IMG/VR virus record: IMGVR_UViG_2775507210_000003
Reading direction: 5' to 3' (one strand)
Source: an uncultured virus (IMG/VR IMGVR_UViG_2775507210_000003)
Lineage: Duplodnaviria; Heunggongvirae; Uroviricota; Caudoviricetes
Length of the DNA stretch: 64,000 nucleotides
Below the pieces are notes generated by a model. The model searched no databases, was not told the origin of the DNA, and was given only the letters and a program-made list of their open reading frames with translations. Shown piece after piece: positions 7,892-18,306 of the stretch; positions within the stretch are counted from its first letter, which is position 1; the number at the start of each line of letters is the position of its first letter. The position numbers and the translations under genes are program-made.

Positions 7892-10584
7892 CTGAGCGCA
7901 ATGGAATGCCTATATCTGCTTGGGCTCGGCGTTACATTGAAACATTCGGTCTCGCGTTGGTGCCGATCGAGCCCGGCGAAAAAGGACCCAAAGGCAAAGG
8001 TTGGAACCAGCCAGGTGGCTACATTACCGACGCTCAGGCAGCTGAGGCATTCTGGCAAGACAACCCATCGCACAATCTTGGTGTCGTACTGGGGCCGAGT
8101 CGGGTCTGTTCCCTAGACGTCGACGACGTTGAATGGACCCGCTTTGTCTTGCGTGAACAGCTGGGGATGGATCTGGATGCGCTTGCGGAGGCTCACCCTA
8201 CGGTGGTGGGAAACCCGGCGCGTTTTCGTGTGTTGTTCCGAGTACCCGACGGCATTGATCTCACCCGTCACTCCTTGAGCTGGCCCAATCAGAGTGATCC
8301 CGATGGGGCGATATGGAAAGGGCTGATGGCCCAGGCTAAGGCCGCGAAGGATGCTGGTGATTTTGAGCGCGAAGCTGTAATGCGGGCAGCTGCGGATCCT
8401 TTTAAAAAGTTCACTGTGCTCGAGCTGCGAGCAGGCCTAGTTCAAGATGTCATGCCGCCTTCAATTCATCCTGGTACCGGTAAGCCTTACACCTGGCGAA
8501 ACCCGCCAAAGCCAGAGGGGCTGCCGGACTTGCCGTCCGATCTGTTGGCGATCTGGCAGGGTTGGGACGAGTTCAAGCGTGGCGCTGAGGCAGTTTGCCC
8601 GTGGGTGCCCAAGGCTGCGTCAATGGCGAAGCCCGCAGTTACAGAGCCTCACCGCATAGCCCCTCGCAGCGGTCGTGAGCTGCCCAAGGTGATCGACGAG
8701 TTCAATCGTTCCCACGACATTGAGTCGCTGATCACTGCGCATGGCTATACACGCCACGGTGCCAAGTGGTTGTGTCCTCACAGCAGTAGCGGTCTGCCCG
8801 GGATCACCATTACCGATGGAAAGCTGTACTCCCATCACAGTTCAGACCCGCTGGCCAACGGGCATCAAAACGATGCTTTTGATGTGTTTTGCGTGCTTGA
8901 GCATGGCGGTGACGTGCAGGCTGCAACCCGCGCTGCTGCTCGCATTCTCGGGTTGAATGCTCCCGTTCGAGTGCCTGCGCCGCCACCAGTTGGTGAGCTT
9001 CCCCGCGCCCCATCAGACGACAGCGATCCCGGCGCGGGCCGCTCCTCTGACAATGGGGGCGCGGGGGAGGGTGATGCTCTAGGTATCGAACAATTGCGCC
9101 GCCGCTTTGCCTTGGTCGAGGGAACCACTCATGTGTGGGATCTGGATAAGACCAAGGTAATGAAGAAGTCGGGCTTTGAGGCTCTGGTCGGTAAGGCTTT
9201 GGCCAAAGAGTGGATCGAGCGGCAAGACAAAAGACTGATTTCGCCTGATCAGGTACAGGAGTTCGAGCAGGCGCGGCGCATGACCACCAAGAAGGGCGGT
9301 GCGCTGCAGATGTCGCCGATCGACAGGTACGTCTATATCGACGGTACCAAGGATGTTTGGGACCGAGAAAAGAAGCGCCGTATCGCTGAGGGTGCTGTCA
9401 AGATGGCGTTAGGAGATGCCTATGCGCTATGGCTGAACAGTGCGGAAAGGCGGGTTGTCGATGTCGACCATATCGTCTTCGACCCAACTATGACCAAAGA
9501 CCCGAATCTCTACATCAATACCTTCGAGGGGCTGCCTCTTGAACCTGTGAGAGACGACGCAGCCTGTGAGAACTTGCGCTGGCTGATTTCGTTCCTTTGT
9601 AACAATGACGAGCGGGCCGCCGACTGGCTGACCAAGTGGCTTGCATACCCATTGCAGCACTTGGGCGCCAAGATGGACACCGCTGTGTTGATGCACTCCA
9701 TCATGGAGGGCTCCGGTAAGAGCCTGCTGTTCGCTGATGTATTTGGTGCCCTTTATGGGCAATACGCCGCGACCGTCGGACAGACGCAGTTGGAAGGCAG
9801 TTTCAACGCTTGGCAGAGCCGCAAGCTTTGGGCTGTGTTCGAGGAAGTTGTCAGCCGCGACCAGCGCTACAACCAAGTCGGCAAGATCAAGCACATGATC
9901 ACCGGCAAGACGGTGCGTATGGAGTCGAAGTTCATTAATGGCTGGGAAGAGTCCAACCACATGAACGCCGTCTTTCTGAGCAATGAAATCCTGCCTTGGC
10001 CGATCAGCGACAGCGACCGGCGCATGCTGGTGATGTGGCCCACGGAAACCTTGCCTGTCGAACGACAGAAAGCCATTGGGCATGAGTTGGCGAACGGTGG
10101 GGTGGCTGCGTTGTATGGCTGGCTGCTGAGTGTCGACCTTGGCGATTTTAACCAGCGCACGAGGCCACCGAAGACTGAGGCGAGGGAGCGTTTGGTTGCG
10201 CTGAGCCGGGCTGCTTGGCAGACCTTTCTGCACCTCTGGCGGTGTGGTGACCTGGGGCAGGGTCTGTGGGGCAGTTGCACCACTTCGGACTTGTACGCGC
10301 TGTTTCTGGAATGGTGTCAGCGCAACAAGGAGCATTCGATGAGTCAGACGAAGTTCTCTCTGTTCATCAGCTCGGTCGTGGAAAAGACGCGGCCCATTCC
10401 CTGGACAGATGGCAACAACAGAAGGTTTGCCGCGTTCTTTTTCCCTGATGACCCCGAGGCTTCCCTGCCCCCATCACTGACAGCGGCCGACCTGGGCAAA
10501 GCTGTTGTCGCTTGGCGTGCCAATGCCAAGTTGGCAGGTTGGAATGTGGATGCCTGGGACCATGTGAAGGGGCTTGCCGCATGA
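7888..10584 (+). CDS. Bifunctional primase-polymerase fused to D5/SF3-like helicase
   Basis: N-terminal NLGV...LDVD and PPSIHP prim-pol motifs; C-terminal EGSGKS Walker A, VFEE, FLSN. Confidence 0.85.
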   Translation: MTERNGMPISAWARRYIETFGLALVPIEPGEKGPKGKGWNQPGGYITDAQAAEAFWQDNPSHNLGVVLGPSRVCSLDVDDVEWTRFVLREQLGMDLDALAEAHPTVVGNPARFRVLFRVPDGIDLTRHSLSWPNQSDPDGAIWKGLMAQAKAAKDAGDFEREAVMRAAADPFKKFTVLELRAGLVQDVMPPSIHPGTGKPYTWRNPPKPEGLPDLPSDLLAIWQGWDEFKRGAEAVCPWVPKAASMAKPAVTEPHRIAPRSGRELPKVIDEFNRSHDIESLITAHGYTRHGAKWLCPHSSSGLPGITITDGKLYSHHSSDPLANGHQNDAFDVFCVLEHGGDVQAATRAAARILGLNAPVRVPAPPPVGELPRAPSDDSDPGAGRSSDNGGAGEGDALGIEQLRRRFALVEGTTHVWDLDKTKVMKKSGFEALVGKALAKEWIERQDKRLISPDQVQEFEQARRMTTKKGGALQMSPIDRYVYIDGTKDVWDREKKRRIAEGAVKMALGDAYALWLNSAERRVVDVDHIVFDPTMTKDPNLYINTFEGLPLEPVRDDAACENLRWLISFLCNNDERAADWLTKWLAYPLQHLGAKMDTAVLMHSIMEGSGKSLLFADVFGALYGQYAATVGQTQLEGSFNAWQSRKLWAVFEEVVSRDQRYNQVGKIKHMITGKTVRMESKFINGWEESNHMNAVFLSNEILPWPISDSDRRMLVMWPTETLPVERQKAIGHELANGGVAALYGWLLSVDLGDFNQRTRPPKTEARERLVALSRAAWQTFLHLWRCGDLGQGLWGSCTTSDLYALFLEWCQRNKEHSMSQTKFSLFISSVVEKTRPIPWTDGNNRRFAAFFFPDDPEASLPPSLTAADLGKAVVAWRANAKLAGWNVDAWDHVKGLAA

Positions 10585-10606
10585 GTACGACCTTGGGTGT
10601 GGTGGG

Positions 10607-10888
10607 TGTGTTGGGTTTGTGTTGGGTGGAATTGGTTGTGGCAACACACTGTAAGTGCGCATTTTGCGCGGATTTGCGGTGTGCTGATTGGGGTGTGTTG
10701 GGTTTTGCGTCGCGCACGCGCATGCGCGTTGTATTCAGGCAGGGTAATAAGGAGAAAAACATTCCACATGCGAACCCTCAAAAACTCAACAAACCCAACA
10801 CACTAAACACAGAGCCTCTGAATCTATTGAAATCATTGGTGTTCGGTTGTGTTGGGTTTGTGTCGGGTAGTGCTGTTTTGTGTTGGGT
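10607..10888. repeat. Iteron-like TGTGTTGGGT array (putative replication origin)
   Basis: Direct copies at 10607, 10618, 10694, 10848, 10879; inverted copy 10793-10802; variant at 10859. Confidence 0.6.
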
Positions 10889-10912
10889 ACAGGTTTTTTG
10901 GGGGATTCAGGG

Positions 10913-11389
10913 ATGATTGACGACATCGAGAGCTTGATGCGGCATTGGGGCGAGCAGCACGCCCGGCTCGGCCACGAAGCCAGCCTGGGCAGCCAGATGG
11001 GCGCGATCATGGACTGGAAGGGCAGCGCGCCGCGTGGCACGCCAGGTACTCGTCCACTCCTGGGTGGCGGATCGGGGATGGACTACGCAGCCGCAGAGGT
11101 TGATGCAGCTGTTGCTGAGTTGGAGCGCCGCGATGAGCGCGGGCAGAAACTGGCGCACCTGGCCCGACTCCGTTACCGCCATAGCGTGACGGTGCGTGAA
11201 CAGATGCAAGAGATTGGTCTGGCTGAAGGGGCGGACCGCACTTATCGCAATTGGGTTCAGGCGCTACACCAACAGGTCGTGGTGATCCTGATGGCTAGGC
11301 AAGGTGTGGTTCGCGGCTATACCGTTCGTCGGAGTGACATGCGTCAGAGTTGCGCCAAAGTTGCGTCAAAGTCGCGTCGAAGCGAATGA
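10913..11389 (+). CDS. Putative late-gene regulator (Q-position protein)
   Basis: Between replication and holin; LMRHWG start and C-terminal HTH-like segment. Confidence 0.55.
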   Translation: MIDDIESLMRHWGEQHARLGHEASLGSQMGAIMDWKGSAPRGTPGTRPLLGGGSGMDYAAAEVDAAVAELERRDERGQKLAHLARLRYRHSVTVREQMQEIGLAEGADRTYRNWVQALHQQVVVILMARQGVVRGYTVRRSDMRQSCAKVASKSRRSE

Positions 11390-11577
11390 CCGAAAACTGC
11401 CTCTTTTCGGTTTTTCCGGTAGGGGGTAAAACGTCGCCACGATATGCGAATTGCGCTTAGGCGCTCCCCAGGCACTGTGCTGTGCAAACCCGCCCCGAGT
11501 TGTCGGAGCATCGAGAACCCTGCCATCTGGCGGGGTTTTCTTTTTTCGGCGCCGTGCATTCGACCTATGAGGCCCTC

Positions 11578-11925
11578 ATGACCAATGAGCAACAAGCGTT
11601 AATCGAAATGCCAATCTGGATGGTCGTCGTGCTGTCCCTGGTTGGCGGCGTGTCTGGTGAAATGTGGCGGGCTGACAAGGCTGGTGCAAGGGGCTGGGGT
11701 TTGGTGCGACGCATCGCGTTGCGGTCAGGTGCCTGCATTGTCTGCGGCCTGTCGACCATCATGCTCATGTACTCCATGGGCGTGTCGATTTGGGCGGCAG
11801 CATCCATTGGTTGCCTGACGGCAATGGCCGGTGCCGATGTCGCCATCGGGCTTTACGAACGCTGGGCCGCCAAGCGCCTGGGCGTTTGCGATGTGCCTCC
11901 GCCCAGTCACCCTGGTGCTGAGTAA
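11578..11925 (+). CDS. Phage holin family protein
   Basis: Small, three hydrophobic segments, first late gene. Confidence 0.75.
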   Translation: MTNEQQALIEMPIWMVVVLSLVGGVSGEMWRADKAGARGWGLVRRIALRSGACIVCGLSTIMLMYSMGVSIWAAASIGCLTAMAGADVAIGLYERWAAKRLGVCDVPPPSHPGAE

Positions 11926-11974
11926 GACGAGCCATCCGGGCTAGCGGACTGTCTCGATCCTGCTGTCGATTAGG

Positions 11975-12223
11975 TTAGCAGTCGACCTCCTTGATGGTGG
12001 GGTTGAACGTGTCCGCGTAGTAACCGCGCACTTTAATCGCTTGCAGCACGTCGTCTTTGTTTATGCCGGTGGGCAGTTCGTCGAAGTCAGCATCGATGTC
12101 GCGAGTTGGTTTCAAACCCACCAGAAAGGCCGGCTCGTTAATCGATAGCTTGTGAATGTCCTGGCCCTTTTCAACGATCAGAAGTTTCTCAAGCGCCTGA
12201 TCGCGATAGATATCTAACTGCAT
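11975..12223 (-). CDS. Small hypothetical moron protein (82 aa)
   Basis: AAGGA RBS before ATG 12223; opposite strand to late genes. Confidence 0.55.
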   Translation of the reverse strand: MQLDIYRDQALEKLLIVEKGQDIHKLSINEPAFLVGLKPTRDIDADFDELPTGINKDDVLQAIKVRGYYADTFNPTIKEVDC

Positions 12224-12343
12224 TGTTAAGTCCTTTTTGATGAGAGTGTCGGGCTGACGCTTCTCAACCGGACTTGTTATCACGATTGATCTTTCTTTCA
12301 CAGCTCGCCATGTCGGTGAGCCATTCGTTAATGGGGTGTGCCT

Positions 12344-12649
12344 ATGAGTAAGCAGGTTTTCTCTGTTTTTCTTCCTGACCGTCGTTCGCCTATTCGCGTC
12401 GAAGCTGAAAAATTCCGTTATTTCGGTTGCGAGCTGGCGCTGGAGAATGGCGATGAAGTGGTTGCGCGCTCTTCTGATCGCGGCTTCGTTGTTCGTGACG
12501 ACGCGGTCATTGATTTCGACTCGGGGCTTGAAGCTGCCCCGCTCGCTGTTTCTGAGATTAAAAGCCATCCTGCCCCTGTATGGCCGTTTTTGGCAGGTGT
12601 CGGTGCGGCATTGGCTGCCCTCTATGGGGTCGCGAGCTGGTTGGTGTGA
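12344..12649 (+). CDS. Phage hypothetical protein with C-terminal TM helix
   Basis: Homologous relic at 39653-39885 supports a real gene. Confidence 0.65.
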   Translation: MSKQVFSVFLPDRRSPIRVEAEKFRYFGCELALENGDEVVARSSDRGFVVRDDAVIDFDSGLEAAPLAVSEIKSHPAPVWPFLAGVGAALAALYGVASWLV

Positions 12650-12679
12650 TGAGGTGCCTCGGTCGCTGCTGGCTAGGGC

Positions 12680-12820
12680 CGGGGAGGCCGGGGACCCTGG
12701 GGGATTTTCCAGGGTACGGGGTCGGAAACCCGCGGGAAAGTGTTAGCCGCAGGGGTGCCAGCTTACTGAAATTCAATCCATTGAAATTGAAAGGTTCCCA
12801 TTGAAAAGCCGTTGAAAAAG
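12680..12820 (+). promoter_or_regulatory. Putative cos/packaging region
   Basis: Non-coding GC-rich block, then repeated (T)TGAAA motifs just upstream of terS; lambda-like terminase. Confidence 0.45.
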
Positions 12821-12828
12821 GAGGGCTC

Positions 12829-13425
12829 ATGACAGAACCGCTTTACATGTCAAAGAGCACCTTCGCGGCTCGTATCGGAAGGTCGCCAAGTTACATCACC
12901 TGGTTGAAGGATAACGATCGGCTGGTGCTGTCGCCCGATGGCAAGAAGGTCGACGTCCTTGCCACCGAGGCCCGTATCCACGAAACCGCTGACCCCAGCA
13001 AGGCCGCTGTAGCTGCTCGACACCATCAAGACCGGCTTCAAAGAGACGTTTACAGCCAGCTAAGCCCATCGGCCGAGCCGATTCCCACGGCTGCGCCGGA
13101 GCATCTGCCTTCGGCTCAGCTACCTGACTTTCACAAGGCTCGGGCATTGCGTGAGCAAAGTCTTGCCGCGATGAGCGTCATTGAGTTGCGCACTAAGCAG
13201 GGGTCATTAGTTGAGCGTGAAGCTGTCGAAACAAGCGCATACAACGCTGGCCGATTGCTGCGCGATCAACTGCTACGGCTGTCGTCTCAGCTGGCATCGG
13301 AGCTGGCGTCCATGACCGATCCTTGGGAGATCGAACGGCACCTGACGGCGGAGTTGCGTCGTACGCTTGAAGACGCTGAGCGGCTCTCTACGTCAGATCT
13401 CCAAAAAGCAATTTCAGCGAGCTAA
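12829..13425 (+). CDS. Terminase small subunit
   Basis: N-terminal wHTH (SKSTFAARIGRSPSYI); precedes terL. Confidence 0.85.
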   Translation: MTEPLYMSKSTFAARIGRSPSYITWLKDNDRLVLSPDGKKVDVLATEARIHETADPSKAAVAARHHQDRLQRDVYSQLSPSAEPIPTAAPEHLPSAQLPDFHKARALREQSLAAMSVIELRTKQGSLVEREAVETSAYNAGRLLRDQLLRLSSQLASELASMTDPWEIERHLTAELRRTLEDAERLSTSDLQKAISAS

Positions 13426-13429
13426 CTTC

Positions 13430-15454
13430 ATGTCTGCCGAATTCCCTGACGGTGCAGAGGTGTACCGCGAGTCGTTTTTCCGTGGCCTTAAACCGGACCC
13501 AGACCTTTGGGTCGACGAATGGGCCGATGAGTACATGCGGATTCCAAAGGATACGGGAGCGCCGGAGCCCGGCCAGTATCGCACTGCGCGCACCCCCTAT
13601 GCCCGTGAGCCTATGCGTTGCTTGTCTCCGGCCCACCCGTGCCGTCGGGTGGTCACAATGGTGGCCTCGCAGTTGATGAAAACCCAGATCGCCTTGAACT
13701 GGATTGGCGCCCTGATCCACATGGCCCCTTCAAACATTCTTGCTCTGCTGCCCAACTTGACCCTGGCCAAACGTGTATCTGGGCGCATCAAAAAAACGAT
13801 CAAGGCAACACCCGTTTTGAGTGAGCGTGTTGCGTCCATCCGTTCTCGCGATACATCCAACACGATGGACACTAAAGAGTTCGAGGGCGGCTCTTTGTAC
13901 GTCAACACCGCAGGTTCTGCAGCCAACCTATCCGAGCTTTCTGCACGTTACATTTACGGGGATGAGGTGGATCGCTGGATTAACGATGTAGGCCAAGAGG
14001 GTGATCCGGTTGCGCTGGCCGAGACTCGAGCAACAAACTTTGGTCGCAACGCAAAGATTTACTTTTCCAGCTCCCCAACCATCAAGGGCGAGTCACGTAT
14101 TGCAGCCCTCTTCGAGGCCAGTGATCAACGCTACTACTACGTACCATGTCCCACTTGCGGCTTCATGCAGGTGTTGGAGTGGGAGCGGCTGCTCTATGGG
14201 GAAGACTTCAGCAATGTGCATTACCAATGCGCCGGTCCAGAGTGTGATGTTCTCATCGAGGAACATCACAAGAGCACCATGCTCGCTCGTGGCGAATGGC
14301 GTGCCCATGGTAAAGAAAACTCTCAGACGGTCGGTTTCCACCTGAACGCACTGTATTCGCCAATCGGGTGGCTGTCTTGGAAGTCGCTGGCAATGGAGTT
14401 TGAGGAAGCAAAGAAAGAGCAGAAAAGCGGCGAAATGGGCCTGATGCAGGTGTTCTATAACACTCGTCTCGCAAAAGTGTGGGATAGCGCGCAGGAGCAG
14501 ACCAAGGCCGAAGTGTTGCGTGACCGTGCCCGCCTGGAGCGCTATACGCTCGGTTCAATGCCGGCTGATGTGCTGATACTGGTAGGTTCGGTAGACGTGC
14601 AGGCCAATCGTCTCGAAATGATGGTGATGGGTTTCGGTGTTGGCATGGAGCGTTGGCTTGTTGATTTTCAGGTGATATGGGGTGATCCATCCAAGGAGAG
14701 CACCTGGTTATTGTTGGACGAAAAACTCAAGGCACGCTACCGACACCCATGCGGCGTGGGTCTGGCAATCCTCGCGGCTGGCATTGACTCGGGTGGTCAC
14801 CACACCGATGAGGTCTACCAGTTTTGTCGCCTTCGCCGGTGGCGCAACATCTTTGCTGTGAAAGGTGCCAGCAAGCCAGGTAAGCCAGTGATCGCCCAGC
14901 GCCCGTCAATGATGGATGTGACGTGGAAAGGCCAAACCGAACGCAACGGTGTCGAGCTCTGGTTTGTAGGTACAGATACGGCGAAGGACTGGATTTACAA
15001 CCGCTATCCATTTGAGTCTGGACCTGGTGCGCTTCACTTCCCTAATGATCTGCCAGATGAGTTTTTTGATCAGTGCGTAGCGGAGCATAAGGTCGCTCGA
15101 AAGGTTAGAGGCCGAGTGCGCACCGAGTGGGTGAAAGGGCATGGGGTCAGGAACGAAGGCCTAGACCTGATGGTGTATTGCCTTGCCATGGCTCATTACT
15201 TGGGCATCAATCGTTATCAGGCACACGACTGGGAGCGGGTGCGTCAGGCCTTGGCCCAGGCGGGCCTCTTTGATGAGCCTGAAGCGAGCAAGCAGGCCAA
15301 TGCACAACCCTCAGTCACTGCTGAGGCTCAAGTAGATCACCCGGTACCAGCACCGCCGTCACCAGTCCGGCACACGGCCCCTCCAGTTACCCGACCAGCA
15401 CCGCAACCCTTGCAACGCCGCGCTTCAACCAGCGGCTATCTGAAGAGACGTTGA
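13430..15454 (+). CDS. Terminase large subunit (lambda GpA family)
   Basis: ASQLMKT, YGDEVD, SSPT, CPTC, VDVQ, NEGLD motifs. Confidence 0.93.
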   Translation: MSAEFPDGAEVYRESFFRGLKPDPDLWVDEWADEYMRIPKDTGAPEPGQYRTARTPYAREPMRCLSPAHPCRRVVTMVASQLMKTQIALNWIGALIHMAPSNILALLPNLTLAKRVSGRIKKTIKATPVLSERVASIRSRDTSNTMDTKEFEGGSLYVNTAGSAANLSELSARYIYGDEVDRWINDVGQEGDPVALAETRATNFGRNAKIYFSSSPTIKGESRIAALFEASDQRYYYVPCPTCGFMQVLEWERLLYGEDFSNVHYQCAGPECDVLIEEHHKSTMLARGEWRAHGKENSQTVGFHLNALYSPIGWLSWKSLAMEFEEAKKEQKSGEMGLMQVFYNTRLAKVWDSAQEQTKAEVLRDRARLERYTLGSMPADVLILVGSVDVQANRLEMMVMGFGVGMERWLVDFQVIWGDPSKESTWLLLDEKLKARYRHPCGVGLAILAAGIDSGGHHTDEVYQFCRLRRWRNIFAVKGASKPGKPVIAQRPSMMDVTWKGQTERNGVELWFVGTDTAKDWIYNRYPFESGPGALHFPNDLPDEFFDQCVAEHKVARKVRGRVRTEWVKGHGVRNEGLDLMVYCLAMAHYLGINRYQAHDWERVRQALAQAGLFDEPEASKQANAQPSVTAEAQVDHPVPAPPSPVRHTAPPVTRPAPQPLQRRASTSGYLKRR

Positions 15455-15455
15455 T

Positions 15456-15662
15456 ATGGCCTACACCCAGAAGCACCTCGACGCCGTCGAGGCGGCGATC
15501 GCACGCGGTGAAAAAACCGTGCGCTACGCCGATCGTACCGTGGAGTACCGCTCGGTTGACGAGTTGCTCCAGGCCCGCGACGTCATTCGTACCAGCCTGG
15601 CCAATGCGGCTGGGCCGCGCTCCCGCGTGGTACGGTTTTATCACGGAGGCAAGGGATTGTGA
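15456..15662 (+). CDS. Head-tail joining protein (lambda gpW-like)
   Basis: AIARG...VRY.DRTVEYRSVDEL. Confidence 0.8.
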   Translation: MAYTQKHLDAVEAAIARGEKTVRYADRTVEYRSVDELLQARDVIRTSLANAAGPRSRVVRFYHGGKGL

Positions 15663-17140
15663 CGACACGTTATCCCACGCTGACCCGCTCCGGGTTCCTC
15701 CTGCCTGAGCGGCTCAAGGCCAGTTATGAAGGCGCCGCCGATGGGCGGCGTTCTGCAAGCTGGGATGCGCCCGACCTGGGCGTCAACAGCCTGATCATGC
15801 CGGCCTTGCGCAATCTGCGCTCCCGTTCTCGGGCAGCAGTGCGTAATGACCCGTACGCGGCCAACGCGATTGATCGCCGCGTCAGCAACCTGATCGGTAC
15901 CGGCATCACGCCTCAGCCTCGGCTGAAGGATAAAGAGCTGCGCACGCTGCTGCAGGAGGTTTGGGAGGACTGGGTCGACGAGTCCGATGCCGACCAGTTG
16001 ACTGACTTCTATGGCCAGCAAGCCCTGGTGGCCCGCACCGTCGAGCAGTCGGGTGAGTGTTTCATTCGTCTGCGGCCACGTCGGCAAGAGGACGGTCTTG
16101 CGGTACCGCTGCAACTGCAGTGCCTGGCCCCTGAGTTTGTCCCGCACGACAAGTTCGAGGTGACCAGCAACGGCAACGTTATCCGCGCCGGGATCGAATT
16201 CAACGGATTCGGTCAACGGGTGGCCTACTGGGTATATCGCTCGCACCCCAGTGACCTGGCCTCGCTCAACGCGGGGCATAACCTGTTGGTGCGTATCCCG
16301 GCCAGCCAGATGCTGCACATCTTTGAGCCCGTCGAGCCCGGCCAGTTGCGTGGCGTGCCCCGACTGGCGCCGGTGCTCAAGCGCTTGCGTAGCCTGGACA
16401 ACTACGACGACGCAGTGCTGTTCCGCCAAGAGGTGGCCAACCTGTTTGCCGGCTTCATTCGCAAGCCTTCTGCCGATGGCCCGCCGATGTTGGACCCGGT
16501 CACGGGGGCTCCGATTAAGACAGGCGCTGATGGGTTCACGCCTATGGTGGCGTTGGAGCCCGGCACCATGCAGGAGCTGCTGCCCGGGGAAGAGGTCGAG
16601 TTTTCCTCACCACCAGATGGTGGCAACAACTATCCCGACTTCATGCGGCAGCAACTGATGGCTGCGGCAGCCGGGGCGGGGCTGCCGTATGAGCTGATGA
16701 CCGGCGATATGCGTGAGGTGAACGACCGGGCTATTCGCGTGGTGCTCAACGAGTTTCGTCGCCGGTTGGAGCAACTGCAATTCAGTGTGTATGTACACCA
16801 GTTGTGTCGCCCCGTTCGGGCGGCCTGGCTCGACATGGCTGTGCTATCCGGCGCGTTGCCACTGGATGACTACGCGCAGCGGCGGCGCGAGTACTTGCGC
16901 ACGCGCTGGGTGCCACAGGGCTGGGCCTATATCCATCCCGTTCAGGACGTGCAGTCGCGGACGATGGAAATCAATGCCGGCTTGGCCTCGCGTAGCGAGA
17001 TGTGCCTGCGCTCCGGTACCGATGCCGAAATTGTGGACGAAGAAAACGCCGCCGATGCGGCGCGTGCCCATGCCTTGGGCCTGAACTACAGCACCTTGTC
17101 GGCCTTCGATGAGGATCCCGACGAGAAGGAGAAACCATGA
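15659..17140 (+). CDS. Portal protein, lambda family
   Basis: LRSRSR...RNDPYA, PGQLRGVP, YELMTGD. Confidence 0.92.
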   Translation: MTTRYPTLTRSGFLLPERLKASYEGAADGRRSASWDAPDLGVNSLIMPALRNLRSRSRAAVRNDPYAANAIDRRVSNLIGTGITPQPRLKDKELRTLLQEVWEDWVDESDADQLTDFYGQQALVARTVEQSGECFIRLRPRRQEDGLAVPLQLQCLAPEFVPHDKFEVTSNGNVIRAGIEFNGFGQRVAYWVYRSHPSDLASLNAGHNLLVRIPASQMLHIFEPVEPGQLRGVPRLAPVLKRLRSLDNYDDAVLFRQEVANLFAGFIRKPSADGPPMLDPVTGAPIKTGADGFTPMVALEPGTMQELLPGEEVEFSSPPDGGNNYPDFMRQQLMAAAAGAGLPYELMTGDMREVNDRAIRVVLNEFRRRLEQLQFSVYVHQLCRPVRAAWLDMAVLSGALPLDDYAQRRREYLRTRWVPQGWAYIHPVQDVQSRTMEINAGLASRSEMCLRSGTDAEIVDEENAADAARAHALGLNYSTLSAFDEDPDEKEKP

Positions 17141-18306
17141 AACCGCTGATGCCGTTTCGCATTTTCAACAAGGCCAAGACCGCCTTGCCGGTCGAAGATC
17201 AACACTGGTACCGGATCAAGGCGGAAACCCAGGCTGAACAAACGACCATCGAGATCTATATCTACGGCGAGATCGGTGGCTGGGGCATCACGGCCAACCA
17301 GTTCATTCAGGACCTCAAGGCTTTGGACGACGGAGTCTCTCCCGTGGTCGTCGCGTTCAACACCATCGGTGGCGACTTGTTTGACGGCCTGGCCATCCAC
17401 AATGCGCTGAGCCGTTTGGGCGAACGCTGCACCGCACGCATTGACGCATTGGCCGCCAGTGCTGGCAGCGTTGCGGCGTGCGGGGCACACCGTATGGTCA
17501 TGGCCTCCAACGCCATGTTGATGATCCACAACCCCTGGACCTACACGGCAGGCGATGCCGAAGACCTGCGCAAGGTCGCGGATGTGCTCGATCAGACCTT
17601 GGAGGCCATCATTGCGGCCTATAAGGCGAAGTCACCTGACATCGACGATGCCGAGCTGCGACGCATGGTCAACGCGGAGACCTGGCTGACGGCGCAGGAA
17701 GCGCTGGCCTTGGGGCTGGCCGATGAGATCGGTAACGGTGTCGAGGTCAAAGCCTGCCTTGGACAGGGCGCCGCTATGCAGCGCTACCGACAGACGCCCA
17801 AGGCGTTGCTCGACCAGCTCAACGCTGTGGTGCCCGAGCCAGATCCTACAGACCCACCGGCTCAACCCGATCCCGAAGATCCGCCGAGCTCGGACGTAAC
17901 CAACTCGGCCAAGCTGGCCCTGATGATCACCCAAGCTTGCGCAAAGGCAGGCATCAGCAACCTGGTCGAATCGTTGATTGCCTCGACCAAGTTGGCCGAC
18001 GAAGCCACGGTTCAGGCCGCAATCACCCAGGCCAAGAGCGTGCGTGACCTGTGTGTCGCGGCGCGATTGCCTGAGCTGGCAGTCGAGTTCGTCAAAGCTG
18101 GCTTAGACAAGCAAGCCGTGCAGGCACGGCTGTTCGACAAGTTGGTCAGCAGTGGTAAGGGCTTCGAGATCGACAACAGCCTGCCACCGGCCGATGACGA
18201 GCCTGAGAAGGTCAAGGCTCAGCTACCCAATCCCAGTTCGATCTGGTCTGCCCGTCGGCAGGCAACGGCTGGTAAATCCAACTCCAGCAAAGGAGCACGT
18301 CCATGA
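17137..18306 (+). CDS. Head maturation protease (ClpP-like) with scaffold extension
   Basis: YGEIG, GGDLFDG, AASAGS, MIHNP, ETWLTA. Confidence 0.9.
   Translation: MKPLMPFRIFNKAKTALPVEDQHWYRIKAETQAEQTTIEIYIYGEIGGWGITANQFIQDLKALDDGVSPVVVAFNTIGGDLFDGLAIHNALSRLGERCTARIDALAASAGSVAACGAHRMVMASNAMLMIHNPWTYTAGDAEDLRKVADVLDQTLEAIIAAYKAKSPDIDDAELRRMVNAETWLTAQEALALGLADEIGNGVEVKACLGQGAAMQRYRQTPKALLDQLNAVVPEPDPTDPPAQPDPEDPPSSDVTNSAKLALMITQACAKAGISNLVESLIASTKLADEATVQAAITQAKSVRDLCVAARLPELAVEFVKAGLDKQAVQARLFDKLVSSGKGFEIDNSLPPADDEPEKVKAQLPNPSSIWSARRQATAGKSNSSKGARP

Noticed and set aside
10581..10916. ORFs or a CRISPR array in the GT-rich region
   Set aside because: Repeats are 10 bp with irregular spacing, no cas genes are present, and the ORFs are low-complexity products of the repeats.
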